A stretch of DNA of 64,000 nucleotides from a virus. Taxonomy: Duplodnaviria > Heunggongvirae > Uroviricota > Caudoviricetes. The notes under the pieces were generated by a model. That model searched no databases. It was not told the DNA's origin and was given only the letters and a program-made list of their open reading frames with translations. Positions 62,612 to 64,000 of this stretch are shown in pieces; position 1 is the stretch's first letter; each line of letters starts with the position of its first letter. A program made the position numbers and the translations under genes. The DNA lies in the IMG/VR virus record IMGVR_UViG_3300038412_000041; one strand, 5' to 3'.

Positions 62612-64000
62612 TTATCTTAATTTGGTAATGAACTTGTCGAAGGAAATCACTGGAATGCCTTTCTTTTCTGCGGCTTGTATCTTTGCTGATCCTGAACCAG
62701 TATCTTTAGCAACCAATGTATTACATTCGCTAATAGACGTTGTTTCTTTACCGCCTAACTTCTCTAGACGTTCCAACTGATCTTTACTCAAACGTATCCC
62801 TGTAAACATAAAAGCTTGACCAGATAACGGACCTTTCACTGCTGTCTTTTTCTTGAAAGCAGCAATCGTTACTTCAGGTGTGGCTTTCTTCCATTTTTTA
62901 AACTCTGGAAGGTTCTTGATAAACTGCTTGGCAGTAGTACTATCAAATCCTTGAAGACTCGTAATATCAGAAACGGTTATCTGTTCAGTCATTAGCTTAG
63001 GATAGTTTTCAACTATTGCAGCGCATCTTCTAGTACCAAAACCTCTTCCAAATATTCCAGTGGCAGTCATTAGAACAGGTAAAGACACATTGGTCACTGC
63101 CTTGTGTATTTCGTTATACACTGTTTCTAGAGTAACTGAACCAAGGCTAGTAAACTTCTTTCTAGACAAGCTAAGAATCTTGTGGACCGTGTCGTAACCT
63201 TCTTCAACGAATCTAGCAATAGTTGCTGCCTTAAATCTTTCAACGCCTAATGTTGCGAAAAAGTAGACTAATCTGCTCACCACAATAGAGTCATTACTAT
63301 CATGTTCCTCATCTGTGTAAATGTTTTCACCATCCCAATGATACGAAACATCAGGCATCTGCGGCTTGACTTTCTTTACCAGTTCACGAATATCTGGAAT
63401 TACGCCTCCACTTCGCGCTATTTTTATGATAGCACCAGGACCGATACCAGTCTTTATCAAAGCTCCACTCTTACCTGACAACTTTTTGATTGTAACACCT
63501 GATAGTCTAGTAGGCTCAATATAGATTGTCGGGAACAAAAGACCCATTCTGCTTGGTGTCCACACTACTTCCTTAACCTTAACATTCGTTGAGTCATCTG
63601 CAAGATTCGACTTGAATGCTACAGCCCAACTCGGATTTTCAGTAGGTGGTTTATGAGATTCATCTTGTGTTACTACTATACCGTCAATCTCGTGCTCATG
63701 ATCCCTCTTCATTACTACAAAGTCATCCATCAATGTAGGTTCATCCAAAGTATCGCACACGAAATGAGGCACTATATGGAAGCCTAAAGACTTGAGTTTT
63801 TTAAGACCGAGTGATGGTTTGATTGAAGGTACTAATAGAGAGTATGCAATAACATCTACGTGCTTCAAAGCCTTCTGATTCTTTTGGCTATTAACAAGAC
63901 CGGACACCATACTTCTAGGATTTTCAAACAGGTGTGAATACTGTTCAAAGTTCTTCTTGCTCATAATTGCTTCACCGCGAACCACCAAATCCTGCTTGAG
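62612..64000 (-). CDS. ligA: NAD-dependent DNA ligase (5' part outside window)
   Basis: VVRGE, EIDGIVV, AVAFK, OB fold WTPSRMG...PT.L.GVTI, HhH motifs, C-terminal BRCT (FMFTG...SAKIQAAEKKGIPVIS). Frame stays open to the window edge. Confidence 0.93.
   Translation of the reverse strand, partial: LKQDLVVRGEAIMSKKNFEQYSHLFENPRSMVSGLVNSQKNQKALKHVDVIAYSLLVPSIKPSLGLKKLKSLGFHIVPHFVCDTLDEPTLMDDFVVMKRDHEHEIDGIVVTQDESHKPPTENPSWAVAFKSNLADDSTNVKVKEVVWTPSRMGLLFPTIYIEPTRLSGVTIKKLSGKSGALIKTGIGPGAIIKIARSGGVIPDIRELVKKVKPQMPDVSYHWDGENIYTDEEHDSNDSIVVSRLVYFFATLGVERFKAATIARFVEEGYDTVHKILSLSRKKFTSLGSVTLETVYNEIHKAVTNVSLPVLMTATGIFGRGFGTRRCAAIVENYPKLMTEQITVSDITSLQGFDSTTAKQFIKNLPEFKKWKKATPEVTIAAFKKKTAVKGPLSGQAFMFTGIRLSKDQLERLEKLGGKETTSISECNTLVAKDTGSGSAKIQAAEKKGIPVISFDKFITKLR

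Overview
This window is a 64-kb segment of a large, AT-rich (roughly high-30s % GC by eye) lytic tailed dsDNA phage of a Gram-negative host, read in the standard genetic code. It contains: (1) a recombination/replication block (SbcD, DnaX-like clamp loader, SbcC, RuvC); (2) a late/virion and lysis region (uncharacterised structural-type genes, GH108 endolysin, SLT transglycosylase, spanins, an Acb1-like 2H phosphodiesterase, SprT protease, type IB topoisomerase); (3) a long + strand early/accessory region of small genes with consensus sigma70 promoters, HU, ClpS, an amidoligase and five tRNAs that all read A-ending codons; (4) a DNA-metabolism block (PC4-like protein, 5'-3' exonuclease, two-subunit type IIA topoisomerase, HNH genes, NAD-dependent ligase cut by the right edge). 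The standout is at 44005-45787. There, a nuclease-less Nop-domain (IS110-related) protein is followed directly by about 20 units of ~36 nt, each built as 9-nt repeat / ~9-nt spacer / second 9-nt repeat / ~9-nt spacer. This is the architecture of a TIGR-TasA RNA-guided DNA-targeting system. About 1 kb upstream lies an unannotated ~400-nt highly structured non-coding segment behind a small S4-like gene. Other observations: a homing endonuclease inserted into an HNH gene with a duplicated 5' end, a frameshifted ankyrin gene, a 20-bp candidate late-promoter motif and a shared N-terminal motif on unrelated late proteins. All assignments come from motif recognition by eye; no searches or folding programs were run.
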